Below the pieces are notes generated by a model that saw nothing but the letters and a program-made list of their open reading frames with translations, ran no database searches and was not told the origin of the DNA. From Vermamoeba vermiformis (Eukaryota), in contig JBEWZL010000044.1 of NCBI GenBank assembly GCA_045837725.1, positions 1-64,000 of the forward strand: a stretch of DNA of 64,000 nucleotides, in the 5' to 3' direction. Both the position numbers and the translations under genes were made by a program. How positions within the stretch are numbered: position 1 is the stretch's first letter; every line of letters begins with the position of its first letter. Below are positions 1 through 12,134 of this stretch, piece by piece.

Positions 1-615
1 GCTGGTGGTCGAAGCATTTCCTTGCATTCTAACGAACATCATGGATGTGGTGTTGAACATCCACAACTCGCCTCCATAATCGTAACTAGTGACCCACATA
101 TTATCATTCTTATCAACAGTGATGCTACCATAGTTGATTCCACCAGGGTGGTTCGTTTCAGCAGGTACTCGAAGGTCGCCAGGGTTGCGTGGATCTGTTC
201 TGGCAGTTTCGTTGCTTCCCCAAACATAACGATACTGATCTGTTTTAGGATTGTAGTTCCATACGTTGAATAAATCATTATCTCCATCGCGAAGCGAAGC
301 TCCAGACATTATCCAAAGAATGCCTTTCGAATCCATTGCTGTTAACGGGTTTGCTCCACGAGAACCAGCGCCAATGTCGATAGTGGCCCAAACGCCTTTC
401 TCGGCAGAGTAGCTCTCGTTTCGAAACAAACGCCGCTATAAAACTGTATTGGCGGGTATAATATTTTTGGCCAATTGTTTGTAAATTTACTCACCAATAC
501 CGGTTTCATTAACCGTGGTTGGAGAAATCCAGATGGGTTCAAACGAGGCAGCCGTAGCGGTTCTGTAAAGTCCGCTCACAAACAAGCAAAGAGCGACTGT
601 AAGGTAGAGTCGCAT
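1..615 (-). CDS. Secreted beta-propeller (kelch/galactose-oxidase-like) repeat protein, 3'-partial
   Basis: ATG at 615 starts a signal peptide (MRLYLTVALCLFVSGLYRTATAA). After an intron an open frame runs off the window edge: ...AMDSKGILWIMSG...VWNYNPKTDQYRYVWGS...PAETNHPGGINYGSITVDKNDNMWV..ELWMFNTTS, which resembles propeller blades. Confidence 0.55.
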
Positions 616-1319
616 GGTGTTGTCTTGAAGTTGAAATAAATAATCGCCAACAAAGGCCGTTGCACGTTTTAAACGGTAAAATACTATTTTTGGCGAATTT
701 AACCAAACGGTCTTGAATCTCACCCGAGATTGTTTGCAGTTAACGTTTTAATATTGCTTGCTCGCAGTAACACTTCTATTTCCTCTTTGAGTTAGCAAAC
801 CGTTGTTAGCGAAGCTTGGATGAGATCAGTACTTTCCTTTTTGAATCTATTCTTGGCTATCAAAAATGAGCATGTCGTTTCTACGAATGAAAAATTAGAT
901 CTGTGGTTTTGGCAGGCGACAGATCTGTTTGATCGGATCCCGAATCCAATCGGGTGCGACGCTGTCTTTTAATCTCTACTCTCAGACGAGTAATGATGGA
1001 TTTAGGAATCTCATAATAATTTAAGAATTATGATGATGACATTAAATAGGGCAAAGTGAAACAAATGACCAACTTTTTTAGTTCGCCTGACCAAAATGAT
1101 TCACAAACAACAGATCAACCAACCGGTGCATACTATTAATGTTAATGACCCTACTGAGGGATTCATTGATATAGTTAAATTCGCTTTAGGTCATTTAGGA
1201 ATTTGTGCGGGTGATTTTGCGAGAATTGTGACGCTGTCAAAATTTCAACCAACCATGCGAACATTCAAAAATCAAAAAGAATAATATTAATATACATACA
1301 CCAGCAGTCATTAAATAAC

Positions 1320-3373
1320 ATGGGCAACGATAAGTCACGACGCTCCTCAGGGAGTCATATCCCAGCTTCATTGAAGGTGGTAGTTGTAGGAGACCACATG
1401 AACCGCTTGAAGACACGCTGGCTTATTGCTTGCACTACTGGTAGCTTCCCAGGCGAATACATTCCAACGGTACTAAATCCCGATCTCAATTCTTTTTTTT
1501 TCTTATTTCGTTTTATTGAGTAGGTCTTTGATAATTATAGTGCAAATATTCTATACAAAGGAAATCCAGTGAATATCGGCCTGTGGGATACAAGTAAACA
1601 AAATCATAATTAAATTTTAAATATTTGTTATTGACATTCTTTTCAAGCTGGCCAAGAAGATTTCGACAGATTAAGACCGTTATCTTATCCTCAAACTGGT
1701 TAGTAATGTCGAATGCGTTCACTAGTCAAGAAAATGGTTGTAAATCTTTCCAATTTCAGACGTAGTTCTATTATTGTACAACAAGCTTGATTCAGCGTCG
1801 GTGGACAGCATCAAAAATAAGGTAAGCAATACGATAACACGAGATCGCATCGCTAATCGATGAATCGCAGTGGATCCAAGAGCTATTTCATTATCTGCCG
1901 TACGTACCAATCGTTATTGTTGAATGCGAAGGCGATGACAATGGTCGACATGTATCAAAACAGCAGGTAGGTCTTGATCGCTTTATATTTCGGTGCGGAT
2001 CTAATTCTAAATCCGTAACAATAGTTCGAAGAACTTAAAAAAGTAGTTGTGCCTTATTCAGCCGATATCACTAGCTTTTCACACAATAAGACCTTCGCTA
2101 AAGTGCTTGACACCGCGATTGAAGCTGTTATCTTTTCAGCCTCGCTGGATCTATCTAAAGAATTGGCGCGGATCTCTGCGGCAGTCAATGACAAGATCGG
2201 CCAGCGTGCCGTCAAGATTATTGTCGTAGGAGATAATATGGACGGCTTAAAAACTCGTTGGTTAATGACATACACGAATAATGGCAAAGAAATCGACTAT
2301 CTACCTGCGGTATGCGATCTGATCTAGCTGAAATCTGAAAATTAATTGATTTATTAATATTTCAAAATAATAGAAGAGTTTAATAAATATTATCTCCCAC
2401 AGGCGTTTGATAATTACAACGCGAATATTCAGTACAAGGGTATTGGAGTGACTATTGACCTTTGGGATACCAGTAAGTTAATTCTTTACGTTATTATACG
2501 TATTTAAATACTAAAATTGTATTTATATACCTGGACAAGAAGAATATGACCGTTTACGACCTTTAACATACCCGCAGACCGGTAAGCAATCAAATAGTTT
2601 ATCGATCTACCAGTAAGTTTTAACTTTTTCAATTAGACGTGGTCATTATGCTGTATAATCAACTAGACAAGAAATCATTGACAAACTTGAAGGATATAGT
2701 AAGTTTTTAACGCTACAAACGATTCAGAGTCGAATTTTAAGCGGATGCCGATCTGATACTCGTTTCTATTCTGTACTGGTCTATCGCACCCTTATTATAA
2801 TTTCTTAATATTTAAATCAGTGGCTTCCTGAATTGTTCCGTTTTATCCCAACAGTTCCGATTATCCTCGTAGAAACCGAGTATCCATTAGAACAACCTGG
2901 CACGCCCGTGTCAAATGAGGACGTAAGTTGTAATATGAAATTTGGAATGTTTGATAGACGGAGAATAAGATATGATTTCCTTTTATGTTAATAACCGCGC
3001 TTGGTAAAAATAGGCTGAGTTAATGAGAACGGATCGCGTTATTGTTCCTTTTAGCTTAGAAAAAACGAGTTTTTCAGATTGGACGACCGTTAAGAAAGTC
3101 ATTGAAGAGAAAGCACTCGAAGCCGTTGAATTTTCACTCAATTTACCGGATCTGTCCTTCGGAACATTTTCCAAAGAAGTTAAAGCCAAGTACAAAGTAG
3201 AATTGAAGCGATTAAAATCTGAAGCACACATTGCTGAAAGAGACAATGACGAGAGTTCAGCGAGTGCGAAAGAAAAGCTTGACGAGCTGCGCACCAAGAT
3301 CGATCGCGAAATTCTCGAGCGCAGCATGTCGAGCAAGTTTGATTTATATGCTGAGCAACTAGGTTGGAAATAA
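1320..3373 (+). CDS. Protein with two tandem Rho/Rac-like GTPase domains with altered P-loops and a C-terminal coiled coil (multi-exon)
   Basis: Domain 1: LKVVVVGDHMNRLKT..FPGEYIPT|VFDNYSA..GLWDT|TGQEDFDRLRPLSYPQT|DV. Domain 2: VKIIVVGDNMDGLKT..YLPA|AFDNYNA..DLWDT|..EYDRLRPLTYPQT|DV. Intron positions match between the two domains. Confidence 0.85.
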
Positions 3374-3587
3374 AACTCAATGTATTATATGGCTCCAAAA
3401 AAAGAAATTACGTTTACTGTCTTCAATGGATAGTACTTTGATGGCAACGCTATGGCGCAAATTCGGCGGAACATTAATGGTGGTCATAATGGCCGCAAAC
3501 AAAATGGCGCATCCAGTCTCTCTGCAAGACGAGATAAATACCTGCTATCAACAAATGTATAGTTAATGTGTTATGTGCTGTCTCGGC

Positions 3588-4490
3588 TTAACGAAGGCAC
3601 ATATCCTCGTCATTTCCGCACCATCGCTTGAAGATATCTTTTTGAAGCAATACGCTTGCCGTAGGACGCACTACATATCTAGTTATAAAGCAATAGCGAA
3701 TAAGAGCAAACAAACGACGTACACTTTCGTGGACCGAACCAGCCGTCAGTGAGGTCTGGTTTGAGACCAGAGATTTTTCTTCGCGCGTTAGATGAGAATT
3801 TGCGCCGGTTCAAAATATTCGCGCGTATTTGTAGGGCTGTCGGGCTAGACAAATTGTTGAGTCAATGGCTGTTACGGATGCGACTAAAACCTACGCTCCT
3901 ATGTCTGAATGCAAGCCAGAGAGCGACAATAAAGCCCTATATATTGAGTTATGCCAATGGCTTCGCGTGGATCTGTTTGATATCGCAATCTTGGCAAATT
4001 TTCGCGTAATTTTCGTAAAGAGGTATTTCTGCGGAAGAATTAATATATTAATGCTTCATTAACAACAAATAAAAAGATATGTCTTGCCTTGCAGAAGGAC
4101 TGCGGTAAGTAATACAGATTGTGGCTGATCGCGGTCAAAATGCCTTCGTCTTTCAAATCGCCTTCGACAAATTTTACTCCTTCTTCGTTAATTTCATCTT
4201 CTGTGATATAATTAGGGCCAGGCTTTTCGTCATTTTGGTCAAGCTGTGGCAGACTTCAACATCCGCTCTTTCCGCCAAATCTGGTTTGATTTGCAAAGTA
4301 TTAGCAGATAAAATTAGGTATTACCTACCTAATGTCTGCAAGGCGATACTTGTTGTTCGGTTGCTTGGGAATAGCTATTTGTTTTAAATAATCGCCTGGT
4401 AGAATAGCATTCACGTATATACTGCCTTGAAATATATCCTATCGATATATAATAATATTTTCTATAATTACCTCTTACGTACTGTTCCAT
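3588..4490 (-). pseudogene. Internally deleted, frameshifted paralog of the Crinkler-like REase-kinase gene at 33757-36764
   Basis: Hand translation gives ILPGDYLKQIAIPKQPNNKY, EINEEGVKFVEGDLKDEGILTAISHNLYYLPQ, WHNSIYRALLSLSGLHSDIG, ALQIRANILNRRKFSS..GLKPDLTDGW and then RPTASVLLQKDIFK..*. These match the other gene's exons in the same order, with frameshifts near 4245 and 4005. Confidence 0.8.
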
Positions 4491-4574
4491 TGTTGCATTT
4501 TGAAAAATAAAAAGCGCGCAATTACAAATTTTGTTCAAAATTGTTTACATAATTGACGATTGACAACAAAGAAT

Positions 4575-7103
4575 ATGCTTCCTCTTAATAAAAGGCTTGG
4601 TATTCTTGGTGGTGGTCAATTAGGCCGCATGATGAGTGTGGCTGCGCACAGATTGGGTCTCAAAGTATTCGTTTTGGATCCCACGCCTGATTGCCCGTGC
4701 CATGGCTGCGTAGATGAACACATAGTTGGTGACTTCAAGAATGCCCAAGATATTATCAAATTTTGCGATCATGTTAAGTAAGTCCGGATCTGATCCAATT
4801 TTAAAAAATTACAACTAAATTGTAATGATTAACAATGCATTAAATATCGTATAATTATGAATGCATATCACAATTATACTATTAATAAAATTAAACTATA
4901 AGTTATTGAAAGTTTCAGAACTGAAAAACTTTTTGATTCACAGATGCGACGTGCTTACTGCTGAAATTGAGCACATTAATGTAGAAGCATTAGAGACTGT
5001 ACTTAAAGAACGACCTAACATTATTATCGAACCACATCCGTCGACTTTTGCTACGATCCAAAACAAATATCGCCAAAAGCTTCATTTAGACAAGCACAAC
5101 ATTAAACTCGGACCTTTTATGGATATTGATACGACTACTAAAGAAACAACCATTCAATCTATTCATGGTAAGCAGATCCGCATCCGGTAAACCTGATCCG
5201 AATCTCGATCCGCTTTTCAACCAGTTTCTAACCTTATTTCAACTTACGCTATTATATTATAGATGCTGCAAAGGAGTTTGGCTATCCTTTAGTATTAAAA
5301 GCAAAGGCTCTGGCGTACGACGGGCGAGGCAATTACACACTCGAATCTGCAGCTGACATTGAAGAGGCTTTGAGCAAGATTGGCGCTAAGAATTTGTATG
5401 TCGAAAAGTGGGTACGTATTAAGAAAGACTATTTTAGATTCGAAAGTGAGATCTCTATGTACGAATCCGGATGCAAACACATCGAAAAATTTGAGGAAAA
5501 TATTATCGTGAACGCATTAAATGGGCTTAAAAGTTATTCTTCTTATTTTCTTATAATGCAATCTGTAAGTAACAATCTTTTTCATGTCCTAGGTACCATT
5601 CGTACAAGAACTCGCCGTGATGGTCGCCAAGAGCACGAGCGGTGAAATTTCATCGTATCCAGTGGTCAGTACGGTACACAAGGAGCATATTTTAGCGAGC
5701 TTGATTGCACCTGCGGACAATGTACCGACGAAGACTTTGAAAGAAGCAAAAGCACTCGCTGAACGAGCTGTTGCTACCTTTGAAGGTACTAATAATATAG
5801 TTAAGTTACATCGATTTATATTAATATTGTTTTATTAGGTGGCAGTATTTTTGGCGTTGAAATGTTTTATTGCGCGGATGGATCTCTTTTCATAAACGAA
5901 ATTGCGCCAAGACCTCATAACTCAGGTATGGCCCTTATTAATATTAATATCATATTGGTGTATTTATAATGTTATTAGGTCACTACACTATTGAGGCATG
6001 CAATACTAGCCAATTCGAACAGCATGTACGCGCTGTTTTTGGAATGCCGTTGGGAGATCCGAACATGATCGTGAACGCATCAATTATGCTCAATGTACTA
6101 GGCACTGATAATCGTAAGCACTGAAATAATTGCACTTCGGCGACGAAAATACTAATTTGACTACTTTTTTTTCAGCTTCGGATGTAACTTCATGGTTAAA
6201 CAAATCACTCGGAATTAAAGGTGCATCAATCCACTGGTATGCGCTATATTATTCTATATTATATACAACGATATTGATGTTCTTCAAGGTACGGCAAGGC
6301 TGAGCTGAAACCAAAACGAAAATTAGGACACATTACCTTAGTTGGAGAGTCAGTGGCCGTGTTAAAATCACGTGCTGATGCTATTATGGGAGCTCTAGAT
6401 AATACTAATAGCCATAATGTGCAAGAAAAGAATCCGCTCGTCGGAATAATTATGGGATCAGATTCGGATCTGCCAAAGATGAAAGCTGCTGCTGAAATTC
6501 TCGAAGAATTTGGTGTACCTTTTGAAGTTACTATTGTTAGTGCCCATAGGTACGGATTATAGTTTAGTTCGGTTCCGTGTAGCTTGTTGTAACGGCTGAA
6601 ATTTCAGAACGCCGGATCGCATGTTCAAGTACGCTAAAGAAGCTCACCAACGTGGATTGAAGGTCATTATCGCAGGTGCCGGTGGTGCTGCACATCTTCC
6701 TGGCATGGTCGCTTCTCTTACTGCTCTGCCGGTCATAGGTACAAATTCGCTTTCAACTTCTTCGAAACTTTTCGCTTAGTGAGAATGAAATCCATTCTTA
6801 TGGCTTGATTTGATAATGATAAGGATTATTTACGTTTGTTTTGTAGGTGTTCCGGTCCGGATCGAGCCGTTAGATGGTTCAGACTCGTTGCTTTCAATCG
6901 TTCAAATGCCTAAAGGCATTCCAGTAGCAACAGTCGCGATCAACAATAGCACGAATGCAGGTCTATTGGCCGCGAGAATTGTTGGTACATTTGATCGCGC
7001 GGTGTTTGAAAAAATGCAGCAGTATCAACAAGGATTGAACGACATGGTCGAACAGAAGGTTGAAAAGTTAGAAAAAGTTGGCTGGAAGACTTATACACCG
7101 TAG
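4575..7103 (+). CDS. ADE2: Phosphoribosylaminoimidazole carboxylase, PurK-PurE fusion (fungal/plant ADE2 type), multi-exon
   Basis: PurK ATP-grasp motifs [18 protein letters not shown] and [14 protein letters not shown]. PurE motifs [33 protein letters not shown] and [26 protein letters not shown]. Confidence 0.97.
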
Positions 7104-7228
7104 TGAAGTTCAGCTTGTCGCGATTTTAAATTTAATAAAATTTTGAGAAGCGGATGCAACAAACCGACAAAGATTTTGTCCCAGACTAACGGGTCTATTT
7201 ACATGAAAATACAACAAAATTAATTACT

Positions 7229-9913
7229 TTACAATGCAATCGCCCAATTCTTTTTCAAAGGCTCTATTTGATCTTTGAGCATATCTGTTTCCTGCAAACG
7301 ATGTAATCAGATCTCAGGTCTTTTGAAAGAATTCTTTATTGATCCTGCTTACCTTAATGAAAAACAATTGAATTTGTTTACTGAATTTTGCATGTGGCCT
7401 GCCTTGATGCTCTCGATAGAACTGTAATGCAGCATTCGAATCGTAAAAGTTGATCCTGCATCCGCACCAAGTAAGTCTCGCTTCAATAACCAATTATACT
7501 ACAACTTCATATACTTACTCAAAGCTAGTCTCGCCTATCTTTTCGCATTCTTTGATTGAGCCTCGTATCGCGTCATTGATGTACGCAGTAATTTCACTAA
7601 CTGAGCCAGTCACGTTGCGCATGGCGAGTTTAGGGCTCGATAAATCATATGGGCTCTCACATACCCTATCATATTTATCAATATCGAGACTTGGATATTG
7701 TTGTCGGAGCCTAGCTAAGGTCCTAGACGCAAAAAGTACAGTATCAGTACTATTACTAAGGCAGATCTAGTGTCGTGAAAGACGTACCTCTCCATCATTG
7801 TGTGCGAATTAAACGCGACAACGCAGCACGAGTAATTCTTTTCCAAGAATATTCCTTTGATCTCCGATAAATCTCGTTCAAGTGCGCTGTACAGATCGAA
7901 CAAACTGATCACGCGTTCGATGCCACCAATAATCAAATTGTTCGTGAGTTTAACGACCGCACTCGGCGTGGCGACTGTTTGCATTGACGTTCTGATCGAT
8001 GGTGGTGTTTGTGCTAAATTTAGCTGTCGTGGCCTGTCATCTTCATCGCGGCTGTCAAGCGAGAATTCATCGTGTCGTTGTGGTGAAAAAGAATTCAAGC
8101 CGTTGGTCTCGAGTTTGACACCCGGTTCTTGATCAGGCGTGGCTACTACCAAATGAGGATATGAGCGGCGAAGGTATCGTTGTGCTCGTTGAAGTTCTGC
8201 GGGAAATTTAAACGTCACGTAGGCATTCTCTATAATTTCCAAATTAGGATTAGTATTTGAAATTTCTTATATTGTCATAATACTTACGTTCATCGACGAA
8301 GAAACTTTTCAAATCAAACGGCGCTAAAATGGCGCGAATCAATGGACCGTCGAAATTTCCTTGAATGCGCAAGTCATCTGAAAAAAGAGTGCCATATTAA
8401 TATAACGCAATGTATATAATTATAAAACTACAATTCCATAGTGCCGCGAATAAGACGTTTCTTCAATTTGTGAAAATTTGTTTTCAGCGTGGCAGAATTT
8501 AGCTATCATTTACTAAATATGGTAATTTGTGGCCAAAGATGAAGTTAATAATAAGTATTATTCATAGTATTAACTTACAAGGTCCAGCAGTAGTCAATGC
8601 AGCAGGTATTCTAGTCTTAGCTGCAAACTGCACGATATCTTTGATTTTCTTGCTCTGGCCCTCAAAAAAGTCGTGCAACAAATTCATTAAAATCAACTGA
8701 TGGCGCACTGCCAGGGCCTCAGTGGCACTCGAAGACCGCGTTGAATCACGTGCTGCAAATAAATTGAGGTGCACTGTCGTGAAATGATTTTCAAACTTGA
8801 CGATGAATGACTTCAAGGTTGATATTTGCAGTTCTTTTTCTGCAAGTATTTTGCTCAATTCTGTTTCGCGCATTTGCAGCTTTTTTTGTTCTTCTTGCAC
8901 CATGCCTTCTTTAATACGAAGTTGACGGGTCAGATCTTCTTTCTCGCGGATCTGATGCTCCAATGATTTCTGCAAATACAATACATAAATATACACGTTT
9001 ACATATTAATAAATGCATTATTTGCAAATTTAAATTAAGGTAGATCTAACAACTGCAGATCCATTTTCGAAGATCGGATCAAAAAGTCAGTCTAATGGTG
9101 CTAATGGTATTTAAGTACCTGAGTATTCGTCAACCGCGAGTTTAATAAGTTAATTTCGGCTTGCATGCTCTGTTTGACTTGTTTCAAAGTTTCTTCGTGA
9201 TTTTTATCCTTGCGCATTAACTCGGCTAATTTGCCCATTAATTCATCGTTTTCTTTTTCTAAGTTATCGACTTGAATAGCTTTGTTTTGAAGCTCTTTTT
9301 GCATTGCCGTGTACCGATCATCGCGTTCCTATTAAGTAAATTTTTAAGTAAAAAAAGATCGGGATTTCTGTCACTTTTTGCTGGAGACCAAAAATAGCAG
9401 CTCGATGAAAGGGAGTTAATCCTTACCTTATTTTGTTTTTTTAGTTGCTCTAGCTTGTTCGTAGATTCTAATTGCGCTTCCTGAAACGAGAACGATTAAA
9501 TAATTAATTTGTAAAAATCAGAAAAAATAATTCTGTCGCTTATTTACAGTCCATAAGCTTCATTTAATCAAGATAAAATATAATTAACGTACCTCTATTT
9601 TTTTCTGGCTCTCTGAAGTGATTCTCAAATTTTCCTGTTGCAGATCCGCTAATTGCTTTTTCAGTTCTGTAATTTCCTTGTCTTTTCCTTGTAACCGACC
9701 CTTCCATATGCTTTCATCGATAGTATTTACAACCGGTGCAGGCTTAGGTACATTAACAATCGGTTTTGGTTGCGCAGGAACGACGGGCTGCTGAGGCGGC
9801 TCATCAGATCGAGCTTTCTTTTTAGCCGGCTGAATCTCTTCTAGCGAAGAATCTTCCTCTTCCTCGACTTTGCGTTTTACAGTCGCAACCTTGCGCCCAA
9901 ATAAATTGATCAT
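7229..9913 (-). CDS. Coiled-coil protein with an N-terminal NLS-like motif and C-terminal RRM-like segments (multi-exon)
   Basis: Collinear minus-strand exons with GT-AG boundaries: KRK..PAKKKAR, long E/K/Q/L heptads, then RNP-like segments (LIIGGI...CCVVAFNS, AYVTFKF). The fold assignment is tentative. Confidence 0.55.
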
Positions 9914-10414
9914 CGCTCGTGTCGTTCAGATGGCGCCAAAAAATATAAATGCAACTTCAGTTCTGTCAAATTAATTTTAACGCGAACAAGCAACTTGCAT
10001 TTTTATCCTCAATTTCACTAACAACAATTAGCGAAAATAGCAATGCCCTCGATAGGCAAGCCATTCCAAACGAGATGCGATTGCAATTGTGTCTAGCAAC
10101 GATGGTACGGCTCCTGAATTTTAAAATTAATAATAAATAATTACCAAAACAAAATTAAATTATTTATGTTACGGTCATTATATTGCGAGGCTCTTGAAGT
10201 ATCACAATGTTTTTGGATTGAGCTTTTGTTGGAATCCTATTTCTATTACTTAAGACTCAAAATCAATTATTAATAATAATGTAGCTATTTTTTCACGCTA
10301 TAATTAATTTAACGCCAGGTGGACGACGGAGCGGAGCGCGGGATCCAAATTAAGCGAAAGAACCTTTTTCTCCAACATTTACTTTTCAGCAACTAGAGGT
10401 GCACAACAATATAT

Positions 10415-11796
10415 ATGAGTGAATTAAAGTCACGTAAAAGGCAATATGAAGTCTGGCCCTCGAACAACAAGTTCTTTTGTAGCGGTCGTTTAATTTCTGG
10501 ACCAGATTTCAAAACCTCGATTGGAACTGCGGCCTCTTTAATAGTGCCTAAACCCTTTATACTCGCTTTTATGTAAGTACACTATGACGACGCAGATTTC
10601 CAATTTTTAGACTTAATTTTCAATTTTGAATCTGACAACAAAAATTGTAACAGCATCCCGAGTCTTATGGAACAATTGTCTTATGGCTGGGTATTATTTA
10701 TATTCGACCCATTGATATGGATTCACGCTGTCGTCCTATTATTCTTGGTCGGGTTCTCTGATCCTGGAATAATCCCTCGCCAACCCGATCCTGCCACGAA
10801 CGGTACGTTGTAAGCCCTTCTAGCACCTTTCGATCATATATAATACCTTCCTACTTGATTTATACACAAACTTTTCGTCACTCTTCGTTCGACCTTAACA
10901 TTATTCTGTCAACAGCGGATCCGTTTGCGTACGAAGAAAATAAGCCACTGCCGTTCAAAACAGTGACTATAAACACCGTTAAAGTACAGCTCAAGTATTG
11001 TGGTAAGTCTTCGCGATCATGAAGCCTAGAACATCGTCTCCTTTTTTGGAAATCTTCGGTTGCGCCAATAACACCATAATAATCTTATATCTTTATATTA
11101 CTTATTATAACAACCATGTTAAATGTTATTGTTATTAATAGAAACATGTCACTTGTACCGTCCACCACGTGCCGTACATTGTGGCGTGTGCGACAATTGC
11201 GTGGAAAAATTCGATCATCATTGCCCGTGGCTCGGTAACTGCATCGGCAAGCGCAATTATAGGCACTATTTGTGGCTATTAACGAGTATTATGGTCAATT
11301 TGTTGTGGACTATTGGACTTGCTGCCACGGATCTAGCCTTACGTGTTTTAAATAGTCAACAGAGCGGTCTGGATGCGTTCGTCAATATCGTCTTATCGAA
11401 CCCTGCTGACGTCATATTAATACTCTATTGTCTCGTCACTGTTGGTCTCGTATCGCCACTATTCATCTTTCATATTAGACTCGTCTCTAATAATCTGACT
11501 ACGAATGAGAAGGTAAGGCTAAAATACGAACAGCACTTTCTTTCGTTACAAAATTTTATCAATTTTATTTTTGCTGTTCACTGAAATTCAATGTTGTTGC
11601 TCTTTTTAGCTGTACTTATGACGATTTCCTCGTTTAGTTGAAGAAAGTTTATCGAGGGAAACCAAATCCATTCGATAAAGGTTCTTGTCGTAATTGGAAC
11701 GAAGTCTATTGTGCTCCTACCTTCCCCAGTTCTATTGCGCCTCGCGAGTTTACTGCAGATCCACAAAGTGCTACACCAAATGATGAGAATGTGTAA
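10415..11796 (+). CDS. DHHC palmitoyltransferase (ZDHHC9/14/18, Erf2-like)
   Basis: [75 protein letters not shown] and NPFDKG motifs. Confidence 0.95.
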
Positions 11797-12134
11797 TAAT
11801 AGCCTATTAAGAATCTTGTACTATATATGATGTATTTTCCTACAAGAATGAATTTCTGATCAATTATGGACTGTCCAGCAAACCTGCACGAATCTCTTCT
11901 CTGCATTTATTTTTGTTCTTCTTTGTGCTTATCAATGGCGTGCTGCTTGTGTGTTACAGTGATAGAGAAGAGTAACTAGTGTTTATTGCCACATAGGAAA
12001 TAAATCATGTGACTCAGTGCAATTCCAATTCAGAATGTTACAAAAATTGTAAGATTTATTTGCCAAACTTTTTCACAATTCTTTTTGTTTTTCAAGTGAT
12101 GCACAAGACTTTGTCCAATCTCTTAATGACCGAT

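Noticed and set aside
920-5215. Frequent GATC/CGGATC words in introns and intergenic DNA (e.g. 931-950, 4783-4796, 5173-5211)
   Set aside because: They occur throughout the window with no fixed spacing or longer consensus, and cannot be separated from compositional bias without counting.
4575-7103. PurK-PurE fusion as a novelty
   Set aside because: This is the well-known ADE2 architecture of fungi and plants.
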